Positions 25,764 to 36,317 of a stretch of 64,000 bases of DNA are shown here, one piece after another. Within the stretch, counting starts at the first letter, position 1. Every line of letters begins with the position of its first letter. The notes under the pieces are model-generated. The model saw nothing but the letters and a program-made list of their open reading frames with translations, was not told the DNA's origin and did no database searches. The position numbers were made by a program, and so were the translations under genes. Source of the DNA: a virus. The stretch lies in IMG/VR virus record IMGVR_UViG_3300025276_000020. The stretch is one strand, 5' to 3'.

Positions 25764-27845
25764 ATGAGCGGAGGGTTTAGAAATCCATTGTGGTTCGTTG
25801 GTGTTGTAGAGTATCGTCACGATGCCACTAATGATGGTCGTGTGAAAGTGAGAGCATTTGGTATTCATAGCGAAGACAAAGAAGCAATGCCTACTGAAGC
25901 CTTACCATGGGCTATTGTTATTGATGGGTCATACGGAGCCTCTTCTAGCATACCTGATACTGGTGAATGGGTGTTTGGTTTCTTTATGGACGGACGAGAC
26001 GCACAGCATCCTATGATACTAGGCAGGATACCAGGCATTAACTTGCAATTACCACCAGAAGCAGGTGCGCCTAATGAAGTGTCTATGATACCAATGGCGT
26101 CTATAGATAAGTATGGTAAGCCTCCTTTGCATCGAGCGATGGGTGGTGAAGACGCAGAGATAGGTCAAGCAACTATACAAGCCGCATCACAGAAGAACGA
26201 TATCGAATCAGCTACAGGCGAAACATGGTCTGAGCCACCTATTATAACACCAGAAAAGAATCTTGACAATAGAATTTATACCAGTAAGAATGACAATAAC
26301 TTTGTAGTCCTATCTGATAGTGAAGACGGAGATGGTACATATATCTTAGTATCACATAGTAGTGGTTCTGCTATACAGATAGATGGTAACGGTACTGTCT
26401 TTATTAAGTCCTTTGGTGACACATACAATAGCTCTGAAGGGTTTACTATGAACCGTACTGAGAACGATCACGTGACCAATGTTGGTGGTGATTATCTTCT
26501 TAAGGTAGAGCGTGGATCAGGTAAGGTATGGATTAATGGCGACTTAGATATCGAGTGCGAGAACTTTAATGTTACAGCCCGTGGTACCGCCAATATTAAT
26601 GCCGCTGTCTCTACGAACATATCTGGTGGTAAAGTAGGAATCTTTGGTACTAGTGATGATATTAACTTAGCCGCTCAAGCAAACATTAAGATGAAAGCGG
26701 GTACTGCCTTGAACTTTGGTGGTATATATGGACAAGCATTATATGGTGATATACATCTTGACAGTTATAAGATGAATCTGTATAGTAGTGCTTATACTAA
26801 GATACACAGCTTAGGTACTCCTGCTGTCTCTACACAGACATTACCGTTTCCTGATGTGGGTCATCTGGGGATCGATATCAATAGTACGACATCATTGCGT
26901 ATGAATTCTCTCCTTACTATGGACATTAATGCTGTTGGTGCGCTTGGTATTAACGCAGGAGCTGCCCTAGGAGTCAAGTCTGTTGGTACTATGGACTTAT
27001 CAGCGGGTGCACAGCTAGGCATAGGCGCTGGTGGACTCGTTAATATGGACGGATCATTAGTGCTTATTGGTAATGGTACTGCAAGTGCTACAGCAGGCGT
27101 AGCGACAAGCACAATCACAGCATCTAAGGCAGCACAGCTAGTTCAGTCTGGTACGGCTGCAATACCTCCTTTAAGTATAACAGAAGTTGCCGCTGTTGTC
27201 AACCCCGGAGATATCCCTGCTTCACGTATTGGTGTAGGGTATTCGACAGGTGCTAATAAGCGAACAAGGAAGCCTGTACACTTGACAAGTCGCATGACTG
27301 ATGATACAACAGACGGAGCATCCATACCAGGTGCAGTTACCTCTGCGGCGAATGCCGCTACTGCTGTCACTAAGGCAGGTACGTATGAGTCGAAAGAAGA
27401 ACTAGAAGCAGACGTGTCGTTCCAAGATAAGTTAAAGTCTATGATAGAGAAGTTCCCTGGTCTTACGAAAGATGAACTGTATAGAGTTGTACAAGGCGAA
27501 AGTAATTTCAACACATCTGCACTAAATAGTGATAGTGGTGCAACTGGTCTATTCCAATTTATACCAGGCACTGCTGATTTCTTGGGCTATACGACAGGCA
27601 AGATACAGAATATGAATGCTACAGAACAGCTAGGCGTCTATGATGAATACCTCACTAAGTTTGATTATCGTGGGGGTGATCTAGGAATCATGCAAGCCGC
27701 ACCAGCATATGCTAACAAGCCTAAAGACTATGAGGTTTATGCATACGGCACTAAAGCATGGGAACAGAATAAAGGATGGAGAGATACCTCTGGTAAGATA
27801 ACAGTGTCGAGTATCAATGACTATTATAAAAATCAAAACGTTTAG
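25764..27845 (+). CDS. 5: baseplate central spike gp5 with C-terminal lytic transglycosylase
   Basis: OB-fold WFVGVVE...GRVKVR.FG.H, WVFGFFMDG..AQ.P; beta-helix repeats; ESNFN..A...ATGLFQF.P.TA SLT motif. Confidence 0.88.
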   Translation: MSGGFRNPLWFVGVVEYRHDATNDGRVKVRAFGIHSEDKEAMPTEALPWAIVIDGSYGASSSIPDTGEWVFGFFMDGRDAQHPMILGRIPGINLQLPPEAGAPNEVSMIPMASIDKYGKPPLHRAMGGEDAEIGQATIQAASQKNDIESATGETWSEPPIITPEKNLDNRIYTSKNDNNFVVLSDSEDGDGTYILVSHSSGSAIQIDGNGTVFIKSFGDTYNSSEGFTMNRTENDHVTNVGGDYLLKVERGSGKVWINGDLDIECENFNVTARGTANINAAVSTNISGGKVGIFGTSDDINLAAQANIKMKAGTALNFGGIYGQALYGDIHLDSYKMNLYSSAYTKIHSLGTPAVSTQTLPFPDVGHLGIDINSTTSLRMNSLLTMDINAVGALGINAGAALGVKSVGTMDLSAGAQLGIGAGGLVNMDGSLVLIGNGTASATAGVATSTITASKAAQLVQSGTAAIPPLSITEVAAVVNPGDIPASRIGVGYSTGANKRTRKPVHLTSRMTDDTTDGASIPGAVTSAANAATAVTKAGTYESKEELEADVSFQDKLKSMIEKFPGLTKDELYRVVQGESNFNTSALNSDSGATGLFQFIPGTADFLGYTTGKIQNMNATEQLGVYDEYLTKFDYRGGDLGIMQAAPAYANKPKDYEVYAYGTKAWEQNKGWRDTSGKITVSSINDYYKNQNV

Positions 27846-27853
27846 GACATAAC

Positions 27854-29527
27854 ATGAGTGCGATTTGCGAAAATACAACACCACTAGCATCTAGATTCGA
27901 TTCTTCGATATTAAGACTTGACAGTGGAGCCTTTTCTGATATAATAGATATAACTAAGCTGGCAGATACTAACCCTGTTGAGAAAGTCAATAGGCAATCA
28001 TTAGTAGATGTTACGAAGAAGACTAACGCTATATTAGGTGGTCTTGATCTATCTAACTATGATACACTAAGGGACCGATACGAGCAAGCACCATTAAGCT
28101 TTGTTGACATCGCTGACTTTGTGGTAGATAATAACTATAGTATAACAGACCTTGACGATGATATCAAGAACTATAATCCATTTAATCCAACAGAAGTCGT
28201 ACCCGTACCTGTCGATTCATACTTAACTGACTTAGACTATCACCTGAATAAGAACTTAGGCAAGTCGATCTCATCTGGTATGTGTGGTGCATTCGCTAAT
28301 GTATTCGGACAACTCACTGCCTTATTCATTCTTATTGATACTGCTAGTGAATTAATGGGTGACATTAAGAACTTATTAGAGAAAGATCCCTTAAAAAAGG
28401 TCAAAGCTATCACTCTGAACCAAGTTATTACGAAGATAAAGGACTTGGTGCTTGAGATTATAGACAAAGTTGTAGAACAATTACTTAAACAGATAGAGAA
28501 AGCAGTGACTGCCACCGTTGGAGCACTCAATGATATACACGGTACTGGTCAAAAAGCATTCAAAAAGATACAAGAGATAGCAGAAGACATCAAAGAACTA
28601 TTCTCCGAAGAAGGTATTAAGGACTTTAAGAAGAAAGTAGAAGCCTTTCTAGCTAAGACTTCAGCACAGTTCGAACGCCTTACTGTAGAGAACGTTGCTC
28701 TATTGATGTTTAGATTCTGTCAACTGACTGAAGTGATTCAAGGCTTACTCAAGGGACCTGTTGATGGACTCAAAGCTCTCTCTAGTGCTATGATCGCAGA
28801 ACATGCTGTACTGAGTGCCCTGAGTCTACGAGAGACAGAGAAGGCAGTCAAAGCAGGTGCTATACGTATTGATCCTAAAGAACGTAGAGACGCTAAGACT
28901 AAAGCTCAAGAGACAGTGAATGCATCAGCACCAACTATTAAAGAAGTAGTAGCTGACGCTTCAATACAATCTAATTATATCACACCTTCTGAACTAAGTC
29001 AAGTAGAAATTAAAACTATTTCCGATAATCGTACAGAAGCAGGCGTACCAGGGAAGTTCACATACACAAGTGCTGTTATTAATCAGAACGACTACGAAGG
29101 TAAAGAGCTTAAGGGTGCGGGATATAAGAAGATAGATCCAGTAGTACTAGGTAAGCTACTACGCATATGTGAGCAGACAGGACAGTCATACGTTATTAAC
29201 TCTGGCTATAGATCGCCTAAGAAGAATAAGAAAGTTGGTGGTGCTAAATTGTCACAGCACATGACAGGTAAAGCCATTGACGTACAAGTAAAAGGATCGT
29301 ATGAAGACAGAGCAGAGTTTGTTGTGGCAGCGAGTCGAGCAGGCTTTACTGGCATTGGTGTATACTCATCATTCATACATCTAGACATACGTGACTATAG
29401 AGTCAGTTGGGTCGGGGGTGAGAGATATACTCCTAGCGATTACCCTGTACCAGATAGTCAACTCAGTAAATGGGTCGCTCATGTAGATAAGCATGATAAA
29501 GATTTATTCCGTACGAAAACAGCATAA
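27854..29527 (+). CDS. coiled-coil protein with C-terminal peptidase M15A domain
   Basis: SGYRSP..N..VGGA..SQH..GKAID, GIGVY..FIHLD Zn-binding motifs. Confidence 0.85.
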   Translation: MSAICENTTPLASRFDSSILRLDSGAFSDIIDITKLADTNPVEKVNRQSLVDVTKKTNAILGGLDLSNYDTLRDRYEQAPLSFVDIADFVVDNNYSITDLDDDIKNYNPFNPTEVVPVPVDSYLTDLDYHLNKNLGKSISSGMCGAFANVFGQLTALFILIDTASELMGDIKNLLEKDPLKKVKAITLNQVITKIKDLVLEIIDKVVEQLLKQIEKAVTATVGALNDIHGTGQKAFKKIQEIAEDIKELFSEEGIKDFKKKVEAFLAKTSAQFERLTVENVALLMFRFCQLTEVIQGLLKGPVDGLKALSSAMIAEHAVLSALSLRETEKAVKAGAIRIDPKERRDAKTKAQETVNASAPTIKEVVADASIQSNYITPSELSQVEIKTISDNRTEAGVPGKFTYTSAVINQNDYEGKELKGAGYKKIDPVVLGKLLRICEQTGQSYVINSGYRSPKKNKKVGGAKLSQHMTGKAIDVQVKGSYEDRAEFVVAASRAGFTGIGVYSSFIHLDIRDYRVSWVGGERYTPSDYPVPDSQLSKWVAHVDKHDKDLFRTKTA

Positions 29528-29554
29528 ATAGATATAACACAAAGGTAATTACTA

Positions 29555-29968
29555 ATGGCAGAGACGATCACACCACGCACTAGATTCAAAGCTGTATACT
29601 CAGACTTCCATAAGGATCTTTCGCCTATTCCAGGCAGGGGTGATATAGCACGTAGACTGAATGAGAACTCTGTACGAGAAGCTATTAAGAACCTCATACT
29701 ATTAGACAAAGGAGAGCGACTGTTTCAGCCTAACTTAGGCAGCGATATTCGTGCATCGTTATTCGAGAACGTTACACCTACTACTATCATTCTACTCAAA
29801 GACAAAGTACGTGAGGCACTTAACGCATATGAACCACGCTGTAATCTATTAGATGTAGAAGTACTAGGTGACATAGACGAGAATGCGATAACAGTCAACG
29901 TTGTTTTCAACGTCATAAATAGTGAAGCACCACAATCAATTTCAATAGGCATCGACAGGGTAAGATAA
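29555..29968 (+). CDS. 25: baseplate wedge gp25
   Basis: NLIL..KGER.FQP.LGS, LFE, YEPR. Confidence 0.92.
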   Translation: MAETITPRTRFKAVYSDFHKDLSPIPGRGDIARRLNENSVREAIKNLILLDKGERLFQPNLGSDIRASLFENVTPTTIILLKDKVREALNAYEPRCNLLDVEVLGDIDENAITVNVVFNVINSEAPQSISIGIDRVR

Positions 29969-31726
29969 ATGGCAAACATATCACCAGTAACTAACTTAGA
30001 TTTCTTCGCTACGAAGACAGCACTTAAGACGTTTCTTAAGAATCAGGATAGGTTTGCTGACTACGACTTCGAAGGATCGAACATGAATGTTCTCCTAGAT
30101 GTACTATCATATAATACGTTCTATAACAACTACTATTATAACATGGCTATTAGCGAGATGTTTCTCGACTCAGCACAAGAACGTAATAGTATTATATCAC
30201 ATGCCAAGGAATTAAACTACCTACCACGTTCACGTAGATCCTCGATGGCTACTGTTACGTTGAATATCACTGCTACACAAGACTCGAACTACTTTACTAT
30301 TCCTGCTAATACATCACTGTCAGGTAAGTGTGGTAATACTACATTTTCTTTCTTGACAGACAAGACAAATACTGCTATACGTAATGCTAACACAAACACG
30401 TTTACTATCACAGGCATGCAAGCATTTCAAGGGCGTCTTATGAGTGAGACGCTATCTGTATCAGACTCTATTCTATCTAACTCATGGATTGACACACGCT
30501 CATTGTATGTTACAGTGAATGGTGTAGAGTACGTACAGAAGAGCGACATCTTTGGCATTAGTGCTACACAGAAAGTATTCTATCTCCAGCCCGAAGAAGA
30601 TGGCAAGTATAGCCTACAGTTTGGTCAGAACACGTTTGGTGCTCAGCCAGAGACTGCTGACGTTATCGTTGCTACGTATAGGATATGTAATGGTGGTGAT
30701 GCTGATGGTGTCAAGTCGTTTACGATAGCACAGAACATTGGCGGCGCCTCATCTATATCAACAAACGTTACAGTACCTTCTACTGGTGGATTTCTTTCTG
30801 AGACTATCGAGTCTATACGAACATTCGCACCTAAGGCATTACAAGTACAAGATCGTGCTGTTACAAAGAGTGACTATGAAGTACTACTGAGAAATCGATT
30901 TCCTAACATTCAAGCTATATCTGTATACGGTGGTGATGAAGTTATACCACCACAATATGGTAAAGTGATTATCTCTGTAGACGTTACTGGTGGACAGGGA
31001 GCGGCAGACTTTGAGATCGCTGACTTTAAAGAGTATCTGAAAGACAAGACACCACTGACTATCGAACCAGTATTCGTAGCGGCTAAGTTCTTATTCATTG
31101 ACACAGTAGTCAATGTAGTGTATGATGCAAACATCACTACGAAGAGTGCGGCTCAGATACGAAGCGAAGTTATTGCTTCTATTGTAGCATACCAGACTAC
31201 GAATCTCAATGACTTTAATAAGACATTGCGCCAGTCTAGGTTATCTGCTACACTTGATGCTCTCGATAACTCTATCATCTCTACTGATATCTTTGCACAG
31301 CCTATCATTGAGATCAAGCCTACATTGTCTATTGTCCAGAATCCCGCATTCTCTTATGAGTCTACGCTAGTACAGCCGTATCCATTTGATGCTGTTACTG
31401 GCTTCTCATCATTCACACCAGCTATTAAGACTACTAAGTTCACGATAGAAGGATCTCTTGTCACACTACAAGACGACGGTAAGGGCTCTATCATGGCTGT
31501 GACAGCAGGTACTACTATAGAAGGTGTATTCAAACGTAACGTTGGTACAGTTGATTATAGCACAGGTGCTGTTAAGTTGTCAAATCTTATTGTTGATTCA
31601 TATGAAGGCGATGCTATTAAGTTCACTGCTAACACAATTAATAAAGATGTCAAGTCTCCTAAGGACAGAATCATCTCTATACGCAACCAAGACATTACAG
31701 TTAACGTAACACAATTAACGGAATAA
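29969..31726 (+). CDS. 6: baseplate wedge gp6
   Basis: LDF, DYDFEGSN..VLLDVLSYNT, E.FLDSA..R.S..SHAK.L.Y.P.S, QDRAVT..DY, YGKV.IS. Confidence 0.93.
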   Translation: MANISPVTNLDFFATKTALKTFLKNQDRFADYDFEGSNMNVLLDVLSYNTFYNNYYYNMAISEMFLDSAQERNSIISHAKELNYLPRSRRSSMATVTLNITATQDSNYFTIPANTSLSGKCGNTTFSFLTDKTNTAIRNANTNTFTITGMQAFQGRLMSETLSVSDSILSNSWIDTRSLYVTVNGVEYVQKSDIFGISATQKVFYLQPEEDGKYSLQFGQNTFGAQPETADVIVATYRICNGGDADGVKSFTIAQNIGGASSISTNVTVPSTGGFLSETIESIRTFAPKALQVQDRAVTKSDYEVLLRNRFPNIQAISVYGGDEVIPPQYGKVIISVDVTGGQGAADFEIADFKEYLKDKTPLTIEPVFVAAKFLFIDTVVNVVYDANITTKSAAQIRSEVIASIVAYQTTNLNDFNKTLRQSRLSATLDALDNSIISTDIFAQPIIEIKPTLSIVQNPAFSYESTLVQPYPFDAVTGFSSFTPAIKTTKFTIEGSLVTLQDDGKGSIMAVTAGTTIEGVFKRNVGTVDYSTGAVKLSNLIVDSYEGDAIKFTANTINKDVKSPKDRIISIRNQDITVNVTQLTE

Positions 31727-31729
31727 AAC

Positions 31730-34426
31730 ATGCTAGACGTTTCAAGTAATATTTCGACATTCATCGAAGAACAGTATCCTGCTCTCTATAGGGAAGAGGG
31801 TAACTTTCTTGTTGAGTTCACGAAAGCATACTACGACTTCAACGACTCTACTATGGATAGAAATATTCCAAAGCTACGAGACCTTGATACGACACTAGCT
31901 AATTTTCTCATCTTCTTTAAGAAGAAGTTTCTGCATGAGTTACCTCTTGATACGATAATCGATACTAAGTTTATTATAAAACATATTCAAGACTTATACA
32001 AGAGAAAAGGTTCTGAAGAATCACTCCGCTTGCTATTTCAAATGTTCTATGATACAGAGATCGAAGTCTTCTATCCTAGTCAGAACATATTAAAGCCTTC
32101 GGACTCAGTATGGGGTGGGGCAATCTATCTAGAACTCCAAGCTGTTGCGACTGTGATAGGATATCCTATTCAACGTGGTGACAAGCTGAACGGAGACATC
32201 TCTGGTGCTGTAGGCTTTGTAGATGAGATCGTCTTCATTAACTTCACTGGTTCATTAATACCTATTGCATATATCTCTAATGTATCAGGAACATTTACTT
32301 CAGACGATGGCATACTAGTTACACGTGGTACAGCATCGCCTGTTAATCGTGGTAAGCTAATACAGGGTTCTGTTAGTACAGTTACAGTAGACTCAAGTAG
32401 TAGAATAGCTGGACAGCAAGTCGGTGATAAACTAAAGCTACAATCAAACGAGAGTGGTACCTCTGCTACAGCATCAGTTAAATCAGTATCTACTGTAAGC
32501 ACTGGTCAGATAGACTTCGCTATATCAGATACTGGATATGGATACGCTTTACCTACTACTAATAACGATATCTTAATATCTAATCAAGTTGTTGTGCTTC
32601 AGCAGTCCTTAACGCCTACGGTCAATGTCGGTGATTGGATCTATGCAGAAGGGCATTCCTCTGCTGTGACTCAGATCAGTACTGCGTCTGGAGCGGCTTC
32701 TGTATCTGGTAATATCACAGGTGGCGGGCGAATCGTTGGATATGAACACCCCCTCATCTATGTGAATACCATAGATAGAACACGTACCGAGTTTCTTACC
32801 TATGTTCATGCTCAGATTACTTTAGCGGCAAACAAAGACTCATCGATTGATCCTAAGATGAGTGCGGTATTTAATCGCAATCATAGTACAGGTTATAGAC
32901 TAGGTGATATCAGCAACTCAGGATACGTTGCGGCTCAAGATAGACATATCACTCAAACTGATGTTAATGCTATGAATTCATATAAGAATGGCACAACTCT
33001 CTCAGCGGCTAAGACTGCTTGGATAGAAAACATATTATTACCTAACATCTTTGCTACTGGATACGGACACGACTTTAACGTATTACCTACTAATGGTCAA
33101 GCTGATTTTATTGTGGGCACACAAACATTAAACGCTGTGAGTATCGGAGCCTTTAATGCCACTGCTTCTTATACTATCGACTCTATCTCTGCGACTGATC
33201 GAGAAAATGTAGATATCATTGTTGACTTGATTGGAGACTTTACTAACACACCACTTCAAGTTACTGTCAATGCTACAGCAATGGTTAATCCTAAAGTGTA
33301 TGAGATCAATGTTGTAGGCAACACTAACTTTACATTAGTCGGTGCGGCTGATAACAATGTAGGTACTCGATTCACAGCGACAGCCGCTGGAACTGGAACT
33401 GGTACTGTTGTTGATGTTGTAGAGACTAACTATAGGATGAGTGGTGCTACAGAAGAGACGTTGAATACTAAATTCAAAGACGCATTTATTCCTCTTAATG
33501 TTACAATAGGCTCTATCGATAATATTATTAATGGTAACTCGGGCAGTCGATACACTAGTGATGTATTTACTGAGGCAAACTTTGCTGACGTATCACGATT
33601 TGATAAGAAAGATCCTATTCTGACATTTAATACTCCTGACTTCTTACTAGAAGTAGGTGATACTGTGACTCAAAATCTTACTATCGAGAACCCTGATCTC
33701 AGTTCTGCTACAGCTACTATAGCTTATGTCGCTAAGGGAAGGTTCTTGAAGCGAGAGGGCAACGACTTCTACTTTAAGCAACTCAGCTTCTATGACTTCC
33801 AAGTTGGTGTAGGAGTTAATATACGAGGTAACTTAGAAACTCTATCAGCGATTACTCGTGATAACACATCTTTACCTATGGGACGCAATGCAGTCATTGA
33901 TGGTCCAGCTAGTTTTCAGACTGGTCAGATTGAATCAGTTGATATATTAAACACTGGCTATAGATACGCTGACAACGAAAGAGTTGAGTTACTCGACACA
34001 GATGATATAGTTGTTGCTACAGCAAAGATAAGAACACAGGGACCTGGCTTGACTGAGGGTAGATGGAGAACCACTACTTCATTCTTAAGCGAGAACACTA
34101 AGAAGCTTGCAGACAACTATTACTATCAAGAGTATTCATATGACATCGGATCTATTGTTGATCCTGATAAGTACAAGTCGCTCATCGATAATGTAGTAGG
34201 AGTTGCTGGCACAAAACTCTTCAGTTCCCCTCTCATAAATAGTAATAACGATCTATCATCAAAGCTTGATGTCGAGTTTGAGGTTTGGGATATAACAGAA
34301 AATGGACTTCAGAACGAAGAAGGTACACAGACTATTAACACTGAACAGAATACAGGACTAGTAGCTACAATAATAACACTTGACACTTCAACGAGTGCTT
34401 CAATAACAACATCGATAGGAACTTAA
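31730..34426 (+). CDS. 7: baseplate wedge gp7-like
   Basis: FVEF.KAYY-like N-terminus, LY.RKGSEES...LF, DNYYYQEYSY, AGTKLF; between gp6 and gp8. Confidence 0.7.
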   Translation: MLDVSSNISTFIEEQYPALYREEGNFLVEFTKAYYDFNDSTMDRNIPKLRDLDTTLANFLIFFKKKFLHELPLDTIIDTKFIIKHIQDLYKRKGSEESLRLLFQMFYDTEIEVFYPSQNILKPSDSVWGGAIYLELQAVATVIGYPIQRGDKLNGDISGAVGFVDEIVFINFTGSLIPIAYISNVSGTFTSDDGILVTRGTASPVNRGKLIQGSVSTVTVDSSSRIAGQQVGDKLKLQSNESGTSATASVKSVSTVSTGQIDFAISDTGYGYALPTTNNDILISNQVVVLQQSLTPTVNVGDWIYAEGHSSAVTQISTASGAASVSGNITGGGRIVGYEHPLIYVNTIDRTRTEFLTYVHAQITLAANKDSSIDPKMSAVFNRNHSTGYRLGDISNSGYVAAQDRHITQTDVNAMNSYKNGTTLSAAKTAWIENILLPNIFATGYGHDFNVLPTNGQADFIVGTQTLNAVSIGAFNATASYTIDSISATDRENVDIIVDLIGDFTNTPLQVTVNATAMVNPKVYEINVVGNTNFTLVGAADNNVGTRFTATAAGTGTGTVVDVVETNYRMSGATEETLNTKFKDAFIPLNVTIGSIDNIINGNSGSRYTSDVFTEANFADVSRFDKKDPILTFNTPDFLLEVGDTVTQNLTIENPDLSSATATIAYVAKGRFLKREGNDFYFKQLSFYDFQVGVGVNIRGNLETLSAITRDNTSLPMGRNAVIDGPASFQTGQIESVDILNTGYRYADNERVELLDTDDIVVATAKIRTQGPGLTEGRWRTTTSFLSENTKKLADNYYYQEYSYDIGSIVDPDKYKSLIDNVVGVAGTKLFSSPLINSNNDLSSKLDVEFEVWDITENGLQNEEGTQTINTEQNTGLVATIITLDTSTSASITTSIGT

Positions 34427-34437
34427 CGGGTACAATA

Positions 34438-36300
34438 ATGGCAAAAATTATTACTGAAAATTTTAAAGTAGAGACTACGAATGAGTTGTTTAACTCTTTC
34501 CTTAGTACTAATGCAACCGTTGGGTCTAACTTTGCAACATCTTTGGCAGCGTACAACACCACCAGCAGTTTAAGTCTTTCTTCTGGCAACCAGACTGCTA
34601 TAACTGGATTTGTTAATACGCAACTAGCATCATTAAAACCAGAGTCTGATTATTATATCATGGGCTCTAGTGTCGATAAAGCTAATGATATATTAAACAC
34701 TCAATTCGAAAAGCGAGAGTTTCAACGAAGAGTTATATTCGGTAACAAGGTTACTGATGACGATGTTAGATATATGTTTATGCTGAATGATTGGACATCT
34801 GGTACTATCTATGATGACTTCGATGACACTCAAGATTCAAGTCTTCTTAACATGTTCGTCACTATCACTAATGACGAAGGAAACTATTACGTCTATAAGT
34901 GTATCAGCAATAGTAACGCAACGGCTTCTACAGTAGCACCAAGTATTAATGTTGGAGTTGATGGAGGAGTGAGCGCAAGCACATACGAGACAGTAACATC
35001 TAGTGATGGATACGTATGGAAATATATGTTCTCAGTAACTAACTCAGATGCTAAGGTATTTGCCACGACCGATAGTTTACCTCTACCTTATCCTGCTTAT
35101 GGAGATGCGGCAGTTAAGGCTGCGGCAAAAGAAGACGTATCACAAGTTATAATCACCAATACTCCTAATAGTTTATTCGCTTCATGCACATTCGGACCAG
35201 GCACAGTTGAAGAGACTGATCCTACTGGGATAGCCTCAGCCTCTACAGTAACACTAGACTCAGTTGTGGTAGATGGCACTGACACTAATAAGAAAAGTAT
35301 TAGAGTTAAAATATCTCCTAAGTCTGGAAACTTTCTAGCTACTGCAAATAACTTCTATACGAATTTGTATCTATGGAGAAGTGATGGTAAAGTGTTTGAT
35401 ATCTTAACATCTGTTGTGCCTTCTGCTAGTGGAGTTTTTATTGACGTTGTTATATCTACGACAGAGACTAAAGCTTCTTTCGATGATGGGGCAAAGACAT
35501 ATAAACTTCTGCCTAAAATTTCTGTGAGTAGAAGTGTAAGCACTGGTATACCTTGTATTGCATATGGCATTATAGATAGATTCGGAACTCTTGTAAATGT
35601 TGAATTTCAAAATAAGGGTACTAAGTATAAACATGCCACAGCAACTCTTCTTTTACCACCTGGAGTAGCAGAGGCAGCTAGTACAGCTAGTTTAACACCT
35701 ACGTCACTGAGAGCAGTAGTGTCGCCTAAAGGTGGTCACGGATCAAACCCGATTAATGAAATGTCGATGAGTAGATTAGCAGTCATCACAAACTTCTCGG
35801 GTGAAGACGTGCTGATACCAGACTCTAACAACTACACCAAAGTAGCACTGTTAAAGAATCCTACATTCAGTGATGGAACAAACCCAACACAGTTCGACAA
35901 TAGAACAGTGATAACAATAGCGGGTAATGTAACATCCACTGCTGTTGTCGGTAGTTATATAACACAATCAGTTACATTGTCAGGAGGTACTGGCACAGAG
36001 AGCGAGACTGTAATAGGCAGAATACATGAGAGCGTTTATGATGGTAGCACCAATACGCTAATATATTTGGTTGACTATTCTGGAGATTTTCAGAATATAT
36101 ATCAGACGGGCGATGTTTATGTAAGAACTACCCCAACCTCATCAGATGCTAATGTATTGAGTATAAATAATGCTAGTAATGATGTTGTTTATGGGAAGTA
36201 TTCTCCATACACTGGAGAGATTCTACACTTCGTAGATTTTGATCCTATTGAACGGCAAGCAGATCGTAAAGAAAAAATAAAGTTTATCTTCGACTTTTAA
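34438..36300 (+). CDS. 8: baseplate wedge gp8
   Basis: W.SGT.YD, VYKCI.N, DGYVWKYMF, P.GGHGS, YTGEIL, R...RKE.IK..FDF. Confidence 0.85.
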   Translation: MAKIITENFKVETTNELFNSFLSTNATVGSNFATSLAAYNTTSSLSLSSGNQTAITGFVNTQLASLKPESDYYIMGSSVDKANDILNTQFEKREFQRRVIFGNKVTDDDVRYMFMLNDWTSGTIYDDFDDTQDSSLLNMFVTITNDEGNYYVYKCISNSNATASTVAPSINVGVDGGVSASTYETVTSSDGYVWKYMFSVTNSDAKVFATTDSLPLPYPAYGDAAVKAAAKEDVSQVIITNTPNSLFASCTFGPGTVEETDPTGIASASTVTLDSVVVDGTDTNKKSIRVKISPKSGNFLATANNFYTNLYLWRSDGKVFDILTSVVPSASGVFIDVVISTTETKASFDDGAKTYKLLPKISVSRSVSTGIPCIAYGIIDRFGTLVNVEFQNKGTKYKHATATLLLPPGVAEAASTASLTPTSLRAVVSPKGGHGSNPINEMSMSRLAVITNFSGEDVLIPDSNNYTKVALLKNPTFSDGTNPTQFDNRTVITIAGNVTSTAVVGSYITQSVTLSGGTGTESETVIGRIHESVYDGSTNTLIYLVDYSGDFQNIYQTGDVYVRTTPTSSDANVLSINNASNDVVYGKYSPYTGEILHFVDFDPIERQADRKEKIKFIFDF

Positions 36301-36317
36301 GGAAAAGAGTATAATAC

